From the IMG/VR virus record IMGVR_UViG_2923302340_000004, positions 1 through 10,228 of that record: a stretch of 10,228 bases of DNA, one strand, 5' to 3'. Shown one piece after another: positions 1 through 7,171 of the stretch; positions within the stretch are counted from its first letter, which is position 1; each line of letters starts with the position of its first letter. The notes under the pieces are model-generated. The model saw nothing but the letters and a program-made list of their open reading frames with translations, had not been told where the DNA came from and searched no databases. The translations under genes and the position numbers were made by a program. This DNA is from a virus. Its lineage: Duplodnaviria > Heunggongvirae > Uroviricota > Caudoviricetes.

Positions 1-1428
1 GTGAAATTATTCAGATTCTCTAAAGTAAAAATTGCAGAACTGCCAACGCCGGAACATGGACAGGTCGAATATGGTGATACGGAGGTTAACGGGCTGCGTG
101 TCCGTGTAGGTTCGTCTGGTGTGAAAAGTTTCTGCATTTCCCGTAAGCGTAACGGAAAATTTATTCGTGCAACGCTGGGGCGTTTTCCTGATCTGAGCGT
201 GGATAATGCCAGGGCTAAAGCTATGGAACTCCTTGGCGAAGTCGCCACAACGGGGATAAATCCGAACATAGCAAAGCGCACTAACAACAAGGCCATGATA
301 ACGCTGAGTGAGGCGATTGACGCCTACGTAAAAAATCGTGGCCACCGCCTGAAACCCGCCACAGAAAAACAGTACCGCAGCATATTACAGAATTATTCCG
401 GTGACTGGATGGCCCATACCCTCGCCAGTATTTCCCGCGAACGGGTGGAACAACGGCATAAGGCCATCACTGATGGGGCTGTATGGTTCGGTGCTGATAA
501 AACCACGTTACGGGCTGGGGTTGGTACAGGAAGCAAGGCACAGGCCGATTTATGGGCGCGTGCGCTACGTGCTGTGTGTCGGTTTGCGCATGATCATTAC
601 CGTGATGATGCGGGTAATACTCTTTTACCGGATCCGCCGACTCTGGTACTGAGCACCAAGCGCCAGTGGCACGGAACGGTAAGAAAAACGGAACGTATCC
701 GCCTGCATGATTTTCCCCGCTGGTTTGCTGCTGTAGCTGCTGTGCGCGACCAGGGCGAACAGGAAAGGGATGATATAGCGGTGACGGTATGCGATGCCGT
801 GGAAATGGCGCTTTTTACCGGACTGAGGAAATCAGAAATTTTTGGCCTTACGTGGGATCGAGTGAATATGGGCGGTCGTTTTTTCTGGATAGACACCACG
901 AAAAACGGGGATCCGCTCGAATTACCGATTACTGATACGTTGCGGGAAATGTTCCACCGCCGACTGAAAATAAAAAACGCTGATGATGTTCTGCTGTTTC
1001 CTGGTGTGAAGGGAGTGATTCAGGAAACACGGCACATCATAGACCGGATAAGCGCGGCTACTGTTCCAGAGTCGAACGATGAAATGCTCTCCCCTGTACC
1101 ATTCAAATGGCACGATGCACGCCGGACGTTCGGAACGGTTGCCGAACTGGTGGGCGTGGGCAATTACATCCTCAAGCGCCTGATGAATCACCGTACTATG
1201 CGAAGTGCTGACGTAACGCAGGGGTATTTACATTTTGGTGCTGATGAACTGCTGGAGCCAGCGTCACGGATAGAACGGGCAATTCTGGAACATGCCGGGC
1301 TGGTGGAGAGTAAAAAATCTATCGATGCGCAATTGCTTTCCGCACTGGAGAGTATGAGTGACAGTGAGAAACGCGCATTACTATTTAGTATCGTTAATTC
1401 AAATGGTGATTTGAATGTCAGAAAATAA
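1..1428 (+). CDS. int: Tyrosine site-specific integrase, P4-type (N-terminal arm-binding domain plus catalytic core)
   Basis: 475-aa ORF. N-terminus (KIAELPTPEHGQVEYGDTEVNGLRVRVGSSGVKSFCISRKRNGKFIRATLG...INP) matches the arm-type DNA-binding domain pattern of P4-family integrases. C-terminal core has the H-x-x-R box (WHDARRTFGT) and a terminal Tyr motif (DVTQGYLHF). Starts with GTG at the window edge, so the true start could be at or just upstream of position 1. Has a ~50-aa C-terminal extension relative to typical members. Confidence 0.9.
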   Translation: MKLFRFSKVKIAELPTPEHGQVEYGDTEVNGLRVRVGSSGVKSFCISRKRNGKFIRATLGRFPDLSVDNARAKAMELLGEVATTGINPNIAKRTNNKAMITLSEAIDAYVKNRGHRLKPATEKQYRSILQNYSGDWMAHTLASISRERVEQRHKAITDGAVWFGADKTTLRAGVGTGSKAQADLWARALRAVCRFAHDHYRDDAGNTLLPDPPTLVLSTKRQWHGTVRKTERIRLHDFPRWFAAVAAVRDQGEQERDDIAVTVCDAVEMALFTGLRKSEIFGLTWDRVNMGGRFFWIDTTKNGDPLELPITDTLREMFHRRLKIKNADDVLLFPGVKGVIQETRHIIDRISAATVPESNDEMLSPVPFKWHDARRTFGTVAELVGVGNYILKRLMNHRTMRSADVTQGYLHFGADELLEPASRIERAILEHAGLVESKKSIDAQLLSALESMSDSEKRALLFSIVNSNGDLNVRK

Positions 1429-2101
1429 AATCATTGCTGCAATAGAATTTGACCATAATGATGCGAAGGATATGAATACTATTGCAGATTATATTAGAGA
1501 TGAACTGGCGTCTTCTTTTGTAAAAAAAACGATATGCGATATGGCAAATATCACACCATCTAAAATGTCTCTGGAGGAGAGATTATCATTATCGTCAGAG
1601 ATAGAAAATAAGGATTTAAAGGTTAATATTTCTGTATGTGCCGGGTATGGAGATGATTTTGATAAAAAATTTAATAGTGCATATTCAGAATTCAATGATA
1701 TTTTGAAAGCTGCCATTATATTTGAAGTTCTTGGTTTCAACAGACTTGCAGATCAGTTACGTGAAAGATATGCGATTTTAGTGTCGGAGAATTTATTAAA
1801 ATCAGTACGTGATATAGCTAATGTAAAGAAAATTATCAGTGAAGACCGTAGTAAAGCAAAGAAAGGAAAAACAAACAGGCATAAATCAACAGCGTTATCT
1901 ATAGCTTGTAACACTTGGAAAAAATACCCTAATGCCAGTTTACCCGGGCTATCCGCAGAGATATACGCGCATTTACGCAATAAATGGAATGATGTCCCTG
2001 TAGTTGGGACTATAGAGAGATGGCTTAAGGAGTCGGGGATGAATCCAAAATCCCCGCAAAAAAACAGGGATTTTAAGTTAGTTATTGGAGACAAAGAATA
2101 A
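1415..2101 (+). CDS. Hypothetical protein, AT-rich accessory (cargo) gene between int and alpA
   Basis: 228-aa ORF. ATG at 1415 is preceded by GGTGA and overlaps the integrase stop by 14 nt. The gene is visibly AT-rich (roughly one-third GC by eye) against ~50% GC flanks. No motif I can confidently assign; C-terminal third is basic (KKGKTNRHK...) and could be nucleic-acid binding. Confidence 0.6.
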   Translation: MSENKIIAAIEFDHNDAKDMNTIADYIRDELASSFVKKTICDMANITPSKMSLEERLSLSSEIENKDLKVNISVCAGYGDDFDKKFNSAYSEFNDILKAAIIFEVLGFNRLADQLRERYAILVSENLLKSVRDIANVKKIISEDRSKAKKGKTNRHKSTALSIACNTWKKYPNASLPGLSAEIYAHLRNKWNDVPVVGTIERWLKESGMNPKSPQKNRDFKLVIGDKE

Positions 2102-2233
2102 ATCCAGTTTTATCCTCTGTAATCCAGATTTCAGTCATGTAAACCAGATATGCGATTTTGTATCTGGTTTTCCTGTCTTCAAGACTTCCCCATCGCTAAA
2201 TAACGTATACCTGTTCTTAATCAGAAGTATACG
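2101..2233 (+). promoter_or_regulatory. Putative alpA promoter/operator region with direct repeats and a perfect 9-bp inverted repeat
   Basis: Direct repeats AATCCAG(A)TTT at 2101-2111 and 2121-2131. Perfect inverted repeat AACCAGATA (2142-2150) - 10 nt - TATCTGGTT (2161-2169), immediately upstream of the alpA start. Confidence 0.35.
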
Positions 2234-2242
2234 GTGATACTC

Positions 2243-2431
2243 ATGCATTTAGAAAAGATGACCCGCAAAGAAGCTGCCGAGCATTTGGGGGTAAGTGTCC
2301 AGACTCTTGCTAACTGGGCGTGTACTGGCAAGGTAAAAATCCCTTTTCATAAGCTGGGGCGCAAAGTGCTGTATATGCGCACTGATCTCGATGCTTATCT
2401 TGCATCCACTCGCAGAACGCAGACGGTGTAA
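2243..2431 (+). CDS. alpA: AlpA-family / excisionase-like helix-turn-helix DNA-binding protein
   Basis: Short protein with the typical HTH signature MTRKEAAEHLGVSVQTLANWACTGKVKIPFHKLGRKVLYMRTDLDAYL (compare AlpA/HTH_17 pattern: hydrophobic-LGVS-x-T-hydrophobic-x-x-W ... G-R-x-hydrophobic-x-hydrophobic-x-x-x-L-x-x-W/Y-L). Located directly after int and a cargo gene, as in CP4-57-type islands. Start ambiguous: GTG 2234, ATG 2243 (GGTGA upstream) or ATG 2258. Confidence 0.8.
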   Translation: MHLEKMTRKEAAEHLGVSVQTLANWACTGKVKIPFHKLGRKVLYMRTDLDAYLASTRRTQTV

Positions 2432-2541
2432 GGGGGAGTGATGGCACATAAAACAAAGGCGACCGCAGAGGGCCGCCAGTGGCATAACACTAAACTTGAG
2501 CATATCCAGAATACCAGGTTGTTGGCTGGTGGGCAATGCAA

Positions 2542-2715
2542 TCAGTCTGGTTCAGTTCGTTGCCATACCTGCAATGGGCGCGTTTCCCTGTACTCTTTAA
2601 GGAATTGCTCAAGGGCAAAAGCACATGGCGCGAATCTTTCTGATTCATGCTCTATCTTTCTGCGCCGTCTTTTCCGTGCCGGTGATAATGTTTTGGTCAA
2701 TTCTTTATCGGTCAT
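2542..2715 (-). CDS. Small basic hypothetical protein (uncertain; may be non-coding)
   Basis: Minus-strand ORF downstream of the RHH gene, reading MTDKELTKTLSPARKRRRRKIEHESERFAPCAFALEQFLKEYRETRPLQVWQRTEPD. AGGA lies 8 nt upstream of the internal ATG; the alternative ATG at 2730 has no SD. Many rare Arg codons (AGA, CGG, AGG). A same-region + strand frame is also open, so the coding strand is not settled. Confidence 0.3.
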   Translation of the reverse strand: MTDKELTKTLSPARKRRRRKIEHESERFAPCAFALEQFLKEYRETRPLQVWQRTEPD

Positions 2716-2772
2716 TGTGTTGTCCTGCATAGCAATGCGCCGTAGTTACTCACACCACGGCGCTGGTGATGG

Positions 2773-2952
2773 TTACTCCTGCTCTTTGGCCTTGCGGCGC
2801 TGGCGGCGTTTGATCTCGCCTTTAACGGCAGTAACTATAAATTGCGCCTTGCTTTCACCTTCATCTAAATTTTTTTCTAAGTCTGCAACAACATCATGCG
2901 GGAATCTGGCATTTAACTGTTGCGACTTATTATTTGTTGAACCTGTTGCCAT
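2773..2952 (-). CDS. Ribbon-helix-helix (Arc/MetJ/CopG-like) small DNA-binding protein, putative transcriptional repressor
   Basis: 59-aa product MATGSTNNKSQQLNARFPHDVVADLEKNLDEGESKAQFIVTAVKGEIKRRQRRKAKEQE. Layout is beta-strand (QQLNARFP), helix A, G-x-S turn (GES), helix B, basic tail, which is the classical RHH pattern. ATG at 2952-2950 is preceded by a strong SD (GAGAGGA) 7 nt upstream. The longer ORF-track version (to 3126) has an implausible N-terminal extension covering the promoter. Confidence 0.6.
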   Translation of the reverse strand: MATGSTNNKSQQLNARFPHDVVADLEKNLDEGESKAQFIVTAVKGEIKRRQRRKAKEQE

Positions 2953-3142
2953 TACTGAATCCTCTCTAAGTTGGTGCGATTCAGTATACACAAAAAAAAT
3001 TTCAGAGAAAGGCTTGAAGTGCGATTCACTTTCTGATAGGTTAAAAACGAATGGTGCGATGCACCAAGCAACAACGCCCCGCAGTGGTGGCACACATGCA
3101 GGGCGTCTAACCACCAACGATAGCAACAGTATCGAGGCAGCT
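2953..3142. promoter_or_regulatory. Divergent control region between the RHH gene (-) and the icd-like gene (+), with repeated GTGCGAT operator-like motifs
   Basis: GGTGCGATTCAG at 2973-2984, AGTGCGATTCAC at 3018-3029, and the palindromic GGTGCGATGCACC at 3053-3065. A -10-like TATACT (minus strand, plus coordinates 2983-2988) overlaps the first repeat, just upstream of the RHH SD. Confidence 0.4.
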
Positions 3143-3346
3143 ATGAGAAATTATACCAGACACCCGCAAGGGCGGGACTCGTACAACCTGAATAAATACA
3201 TCTGGCGTTTTATCGCCCTGAGCACGGCACAACCGCGCGTGATTACCATTGAGGCCACCAGCGAACAGGAAGCGCGTCAGCAATCTCCGGCTGGCTGCGT
3301 GATGGTATTCGCCGCCCGTATTCGTCAGGGGGTGTGCCATGCCTGA
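3143..3346 (+). CDS. Icd-like small protein (host cell division inhibitor Icd-like family), tentative
   Basis: 67-aa product MRNYTRHPQGRDSYNLNKYIWRFIALSTAQPRVITIEATSEQEARQQSPAGCVMVFAARIRQGVCHA. The YIW-F-A ... IEA-SE-EAR ... FAAR pattern resembles the short Icd-like proteins annotated in P4-like elements. GAGG lies 7 nt upstream of ATG 3143. The upstream in-frame extension of the ORF track (from 2438) looks non-coding. Confidence 0.55.
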   Translation: MRNYTRHPQGRDSYNLNKYIWRFIALSTAQPRVITIEATSEQEARQQSPAGCVMVFAARIRQGVCHA

Positions 3347-3659
3347 TATGTCAAATTACCAGTACCTGATTAATCCGCATTTTAACTGTGAGCATGATAT
3401 TGCTAAAAAGGTTTATTCCGCTGCTGATGAGGCTACTGACAATATATCAATGGCTGTTGCGTCAATTGGTAGCCTGATGTGGCATGCGTCAGAAAATGAG
3501 GACTATGACGAAAAGGCCATGCGCATTGATATGGGTAATATCGGTTTGTTACTGGCAATGCTTGGGCGGTTTGATATTTCGTTACGGTGCACCATTGAAA
3601 ATGCCACAGATGCATTAAATGCCATAAAGAAAGCGAATACTGATTCAAATCGGGGATAA
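3339..3659 (+). CDS. Hypothetical protein
   Basis: 106-aa ORF. Its ATG overlaps the icd-like stop (ATGCCTGA), suggesting translational coupling. A G-rich SD-like stretch lies upstream. Acidic protein with no recognisable motif. Confidence 0.55.
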   Translation: MPDMSNYQYLINPHFNCEHDIAKKVYSAADEATDNISMAVASIGSLMWHASENEDYDEKAMRIDMGNIGLLLAMLGRFDISLRCTIENATDALNAIKKANTDSNRG

Positions 3660-3665
3660 ATAATC

Positions 3666-3965
3666 ATGAGAACATATTTATCTGGCTTGACTGCCAGCGG
3701 TTATGCACACCCCAAAATTATCCCCGGCGCTATTTATCTGGATAAGAACGGTAACAGAGTAACGGTAAAAGAACTGATGTTTGACCGTGTGTATTTTATT
3801 CGTGATGGCTATTCATTTCATAGTTCGCTGAACGTGGAGATCTTTATTAGCAGATTCCGGCGGGAAATCCCGACTTCCAGAAATAACCATGTGTCACGTG
3901 TGGATGTGGATAAAAAACTGCAGGAACTGAAAAACATGATTGCCGCGTGGAGAGAGCCGAAATGA
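3666..3965 (+). CDS. Hypothetical protein (small, precedes the primase)
   Basis: 99-aa ORF. GGGGA SD lies 9 nt upstream of ATG 3666. Its stop TGA (3963-3965) overlaps the primase ATG (3962) as ATGA. No motif confidently assigned. Confidence 0.55.
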   Translation: MRTYLSGLTASGYAHPKIIPGAIYLDKNGNRVTVKELMFDRVYFIRDGYSFHSSLNVEIFISRFRREIPTSRNNHVSRVDVDKKLQELKNMIAAWREPK

Positions 3966-6085
3966 AAAAAGCGCCAAATTTAAAACACCAGCCGCGTGAC
4001 AAAATGACGGAAGTCATCATTTTTGCGGGTAGTGATGCGTGGGCACATGCGAAGCAGTGGCAGGAACAGGACGGGCGACTGGCTGGCGATAACGTGCCTC
4101 CTGTCTGGCTTGGAGAGCAACAACTTGCCGAACTGGACAACCTGCAAATCGTACCGGACGGACGCTATCGCGTGCGTCTCTATCAGGCGGGGTTATTGCG
4201 TCCGGGGCTTGTTAATACCATCGGGCAGAAACTGGCAGCGGCAGGTGTCAGGGATGCTGATTATTACCCTGAAGGAATGCACAGCCAGAAACGGGAGAAC
4301 TGGCGCGAATATCTGGAACGTGAACGGGCAGAGCAGGCGGAAAAGAAAAAGGTAGTTGAACTGCCTGTAAAGAAAAAAGAGCCATGCTATCAGGATGATG
4401 AATTAAAGCCCCGCGTTGAAAGTCGCGTCGATGGTGTTTTCTGGGTAACGCCCAAAGTGGATAAGCAGTCAGGCGAAATTATCCGGCCTGAGACGTGGTT
4501 ATGTTCTCCGCTTGAACTACTGGGAACGGGGACGATCGGTAAAGAGCATTACCGCGTGATGCGCTGGAAAAAATTAGCAAACCATGAAGTCATCACAATG
4601 GCGATCCCGTGTGGTGGCATTGGCGACCGTGACGGCTGGCGGTTGCTTAAAGATCACGGGCTGAACGTGACAACAAACGGCAAATACAGGGCTATCCTGG
4701 CTGACTGGATGCAGTTAAGCGGAAGCCATGAGGAATGGCAGCTAAGCACAACAACGGGCTGGCATTTTGGCGCGTATATCATGCCGGACGGCTCAATCAT
4801 TGGTGATTCTGAAAAACCGATCCTGTTTACCGGAAAAAGTGCCGCTGTTAATGGCTATTCGGTTGCGGGTACGGCGGAGGGCTGGCGCGACTGCGTGGCG
4901 CGGCTGGCTGGTGGCAATCCGTCCATGATGCTGGGTGTTGCCACGTCACTGGCAGCACCTTTGATTGGCCTTGTTGGTGCTGACGGCTTCGGGGTACATC
5001 TTTTCGAACAGTCATCGGCAGGGAAAACCACCACGCAGAACATCGCATCCAGTTTATGGGGAGAGCCGGACGCACAACGGCTGACCTGGTACGGCACAGC
5101 GTTAGGTATCGCTAACGAGGCAGAGGCGCACAACGACGGGCTGTTACCCCTGGATGAAATAGGCCAGGCCGGAAACGCGCGGGAGGTGTCCACGTCAGCC
5201 TATACGTTGTTTAACGGTTCCGGGAAATTACAGGGGGCGAAGGACGGCGGCAACCGGGAGATAAAACACTGGCGCACGGTGGCAATCAGCACCGGAGAAA
5301 TGGACGTTGAGACATTCCTCAAAACGGAGGGGATAAAAGTCAAAGCGGGGCAGCTTGTCCGCCTGCTTAACGTTCCGATGGAAAAAGCCACGCACTTTCA
5401 CGAATACAGCACCGGAAAGGCGCACGCAGACGCGTTAAAGGATGCCTGGACAGAAAATCACGGGGCAGCGGGTCGTGAGTGGGTTAAATGGCTGGCAGGC
5501 CACCAGCAGGAGGCAAAGGATACGGTAAGGGAATGCCGCGAACGGTGGCGCAACCTGATACCGGAGAGCTACGGCGAGCAGGTCCACCGCGTGGGTGAGC
5601 GTTTCGCCATACTGGAGGCCGCGCTTGTGCTTTCCGGTCATGTAACTGGCTGGGCCGCGCAGGAATGCCGGGACGCAATACAGCATAACTTTAATGCCTG
5701 GGTGAAGGAGTTCGGCACGGGTAACAGGGAATTTAAACAGATGGTTGAACAGGCTGAGGCGTTTTTGTCGTCGTTCGGGTTCAGTCGATACCTTCCTTAC
5801 CCAAACAGTGATGAACGTGATTTACCGATTAAAGACCTTGCCGGATACAGAAAGGGGAGTATCAGAAATGAAGATGATGAGTTCCGTTTTTACACGTTTC
5901 CTCATGTGTTTGAGGGGGAGATCGCACAGGGATTTAACCCGTCCCACTTTGCCCGCGCGTTGAGTGCTGCCGGAATGCTGGAAGCGGGTAACGATCGCCG
6001 TTACAAGAAAAAGGCTCTCGGCAAAATTGGGGGGAAGCAGCATGTTTTTTACGTGCTGATGTTCCAGCCTGAGGCAGAAGATTAA
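3962..6085 (+). CDS. Replication protein: primase/helicase-like with a central P-loop NTPase domain (PICI Pri-Rep / P4 alpha-like role)
   Basis: ~708-aa ORF. ATG 3962 is preceded by GAGAG and overlaps the upstream stop; the ORF-track start is a GTG at 3947. Walker A-like FEQSSAGKTTTQ and Walker B-like GLLPLDEIGQ lie in the middle of the protein. Its size and position immediately upstream of an iteron array are typical of satellite/plasmid primase-helicases (DUF927-like). The family name is from memory. Confidence 0.8.
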   Translation: MKKAPNLKHQPRDKMTEVIIFAGSDAWAHAKQWQEQDGRLAGDNVPPVWLGEQQLAELDNLQIVPDGRYRVRLYQAGLLRPGLVNTIGQKLAAAGVRDADYYPEGMHSQKRENWREYLERERAEQAEKKKVVELPVKKKEPCYQDDELKPRVESRVDGVFWVTPKVDKQSGEIIRPETWLCSPLELLGTGTIGKEHYRVMRWKKLANHEVITMAIPCGGIGDRDGWRLLKDHGLNVTTNGKYRAILADWMQLSGSHEEWQLSTTTGWHFGAYIMPDGSIIGDSEKPILFTGKSAAVNGYSVAGTAEGWRDCVARLAGGNPSMMLGVATSLAAPLIGLVGADGFGVHLFEQSSAGKTTTQNIASSLWGEPDAQRLTWYGTALGIANEAEAHNDGLLPLDEIGQAGNAREVSTSAYTLFNGSGKLQGAKDGGNREIKHWRTVAISTGEMDVETFLKTEGIKVKAGQLVRLLNVPMEKATHFHEYSTGKAHADALKDAWTENHGAAGREWVKWLAGHQQEAKDTVRECRERWRNLIPESYGEQVHRVGERFAILEAALVLSGHVTGWAAQECRDAIQHNFNAWVKEFGTGNREFKQMVEQAEAFLSSFGFSRYLPYPNSDERDLPIKDLAGYRKGSIRNEDDEFRFYTFPHVFEGEIAQGFNPSHFARALSAAGMLEAGNDRRYKKKALGKIGGKQHVFYVLMFQPEAED

Positions 6086-6116
6086 CCCCCTGTGTGAGGT
6101 GAAAAGTTGCGTGTTA

Positions 6117-6424
6117 TGCGGGTTACTATGTGTATAAGTGCATTAACTGCATGAATAAAAAGGAAATCAATAACCCGCACGTAACCCGCAAAACGGCAGT
6201 TATAACCCGCAAAAGTGCGATTATAACCCGCAGATGAATAACAGGAAGTGACAGCAAACAGCCACGCGTAACCCGCAGAAAAAACCCCGTTTGCGGGTTA
6301 TTTTGAGCATTTTGCGGGTTACGCCACGGCTAAACAGTAAACAGTTAATTTTGTAATGTATTGATATTAAGGAATAAAAAATACTTAGCAAGCGAAGATA
6401 ACCCGCTAACCCGCATAACCCGCA
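6117..6424. repeat. Iteron array, putative origin of replication of the element
   Basis: At least 11 copies of the 9-bp motif TAACCCGCA in both orientations. Forward copies at 6171, 6182, 6203, 6224, 6269, 6407 and 6416, plus variant TAACCCGCT at 6399. Reverse copies TGCGGGTTA at 6117, 6292 and 6313. Several spacings are 11 or 21 bp (helical phasing). An AT-rich stretch (about 6330-6395) and TATATATATA (about 6433-6442) lie within and beside the array. Located directly 3' of the primase gene. Confidence 0.7.
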
Positions 6425-6463
6425 CTGTTTTGTATATATATACGAAAAATTGAGATCTGAACT

Positions 6464-6706
6464 ATGAAGGCAAACCGCAAACAACCACACTACCGCGCTA
6501 TTGACCTTACAGAGCACTGGCTGAGAGTGGCGATAAAAATCATCGACCGAAACACGGGGGAAGGATATGCAAAAGCACATCCCGAACTGATAAGCGCATT
6601 CATGACAACGGCAGCTGCAAACTTTGCCACGTTGACAGAACGGGAGATTGCCGAAGCGGAACAGGTGACAACCATCAACGTTAAAACCGGAGAGCAGATA
6701 GCATGA
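6464..6706 (+). CDS. Hypothetical protein
   Basis: 80-aa ORF immediately after the iteron region. Its stop overlaps the SSB-like start (ATGA). Weak SD; function unknown. Confidence 0.45.
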   Translation: MKANRKQPHYRAIDLTEHWLRVAIKIIDRNTGEGYAKAHPELISAFMTTAAANFATLTEREIAEAEQVTTINVKTGEQIA

Positions 6707-7125
6707 CAGCACAGATAGCGGCTTACGGACGGCTGGTGGCTGACCCGCAGTTAAAGACCACCAGCAAGGGTACACAAATGGCGATGGCTAGTATGGCGGT
6801 CCCCCTTCCGTGCAGCCAGGCAGATGACGGAACGGCGATGATGTGGTTATCCGTCCTGGCGTTTGGCAGACAGGCCGACGCACTGGCAAAACACCACAAA
6901 GGCGAACTGGTGAGCGTGGCGGGTAACATGCAGGTAAGCCAGTGGACAGGCCAGAACGGCGAAACGCGGCAGGGCTGGCAGGTTATCGCAGACAGCGTGA
7001 TCAGTGCGCGAACAGCGCGACCGGGCGGCAAAAAAGGCCAGCAGGGGCAGGCCACTGACGCATTGAACAGGGCAAAACAACAGTCGGGGAATGATGATCC
7101 GTACGGCGATAATATACCGTTTTAA
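6703..7125 (+). CDS. ssb: Single-stranded DNA-binding protein (SSB-like, short form)
   Basis: 140 aa. OB-fold region aligns by eye to E. coli SSB: GRLVADPQLK...MAMASMAV against GNLGQDPEVR...VANITLAT, W..V.AFG..A..LAKHHKGELVSVAGNMQVSQWTGQNGETRQ against [43 protein letters not shown]. Gly/Gln-rich linker and acidic C-terminal tail DDPYGDNIPF (SSB ends in DDDIPF). GGAGAG SD lies 8 nt upstream. Confidence 0.75.
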   Translation: MTAQIAAYGRLVADPQLKTTSKGTQMAMASMAVPLPCSQADDGTAMMWLSVLAFGRQADALAKHHKGELVSVAGNMQVSQWTGQNGETRQGWQVIADSVISARTARPGGKKGQQGQATDALNRAKQQSGNDDPYGDNIPF

Positions 7126-7142
7126 ATTCTGCAAACAAAAAG

Positions 7143-7171
7143 ATGCCGGAAAAAAATAGATTTTCCGGCAT
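7143..7171. terminator. Perfect 11-bp stem-loop (ATGCCGGAAAA / TTTTCCGGCAT, 7-nt loop) after ssb; possible terminator or RNA structure
   Basis: Inverted repeat at 7143-7153 and 7161-7171, 18 nt after the ssb stop. There is no U-tract 3' of the stem on the + strand (the T-run is inside the stem); a T-rich run follows on the - strand. The terminator call is therefore weak. Confidence 0.3.

Noticed and set aside
1-60. tRNA gene or att site at the window start
   Set aside because: P4-type integrases usually sit next to a tRNA/tmRNA attachment site, but the window starts at the integrase start codon and no tRNA-like sequence is present; att must lie outside the window.
7-1191. Minus-strand ORFs antisense to the integrase (7-345, 597-899, 922-1191)
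   Set aside because: Overlap the integrase frame, which has clear family motifs; no independent support.
2249-2536. 95-aa minus-strand ORF antisense to alpA
   Set aside because: Fully overlaps the well-supported alpA gene on the opposite strand; no SD; implausible composition.
2438-3142. N-terminal ~235 codons of the 302-aa + strand ORF following alpA
   Set aside because: Translation is Ser/Cys/Leu/Arg-rich and low-complexity, with rare codons, and it overlaps a well-supported minus-strand RHH gene and the divergent promoter. Only the C-terminal 67 codons (icd-like) look genuine. Kept as a flagged ambiguity because of the strong SD at 2431-2440.
4023-6043. Multiple ORFs of 60-112 aa inside or antisense to the primase gene (for example 4023-4355 +, 4855-5193 -, 5435-5686 -, 5822-6043 -)
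   Set aside because: All are embedded in the long primase frame, which has coherent motifs (Walker A/B); these are typical shadow ORFs.
6117-6424. Possible CRISPR array
   Set aside because: Repeats are only 9 bp, irregularly spaced, and in both orientations; this fits iterons, not CRISPR repeats and spacers.
6221-6775. 184-aa minus-strand ORF
   Set aside because: Spans the iteron array and is antisense to two + strand genes. Cys-rich junk-like translation; almost certainly spurious.
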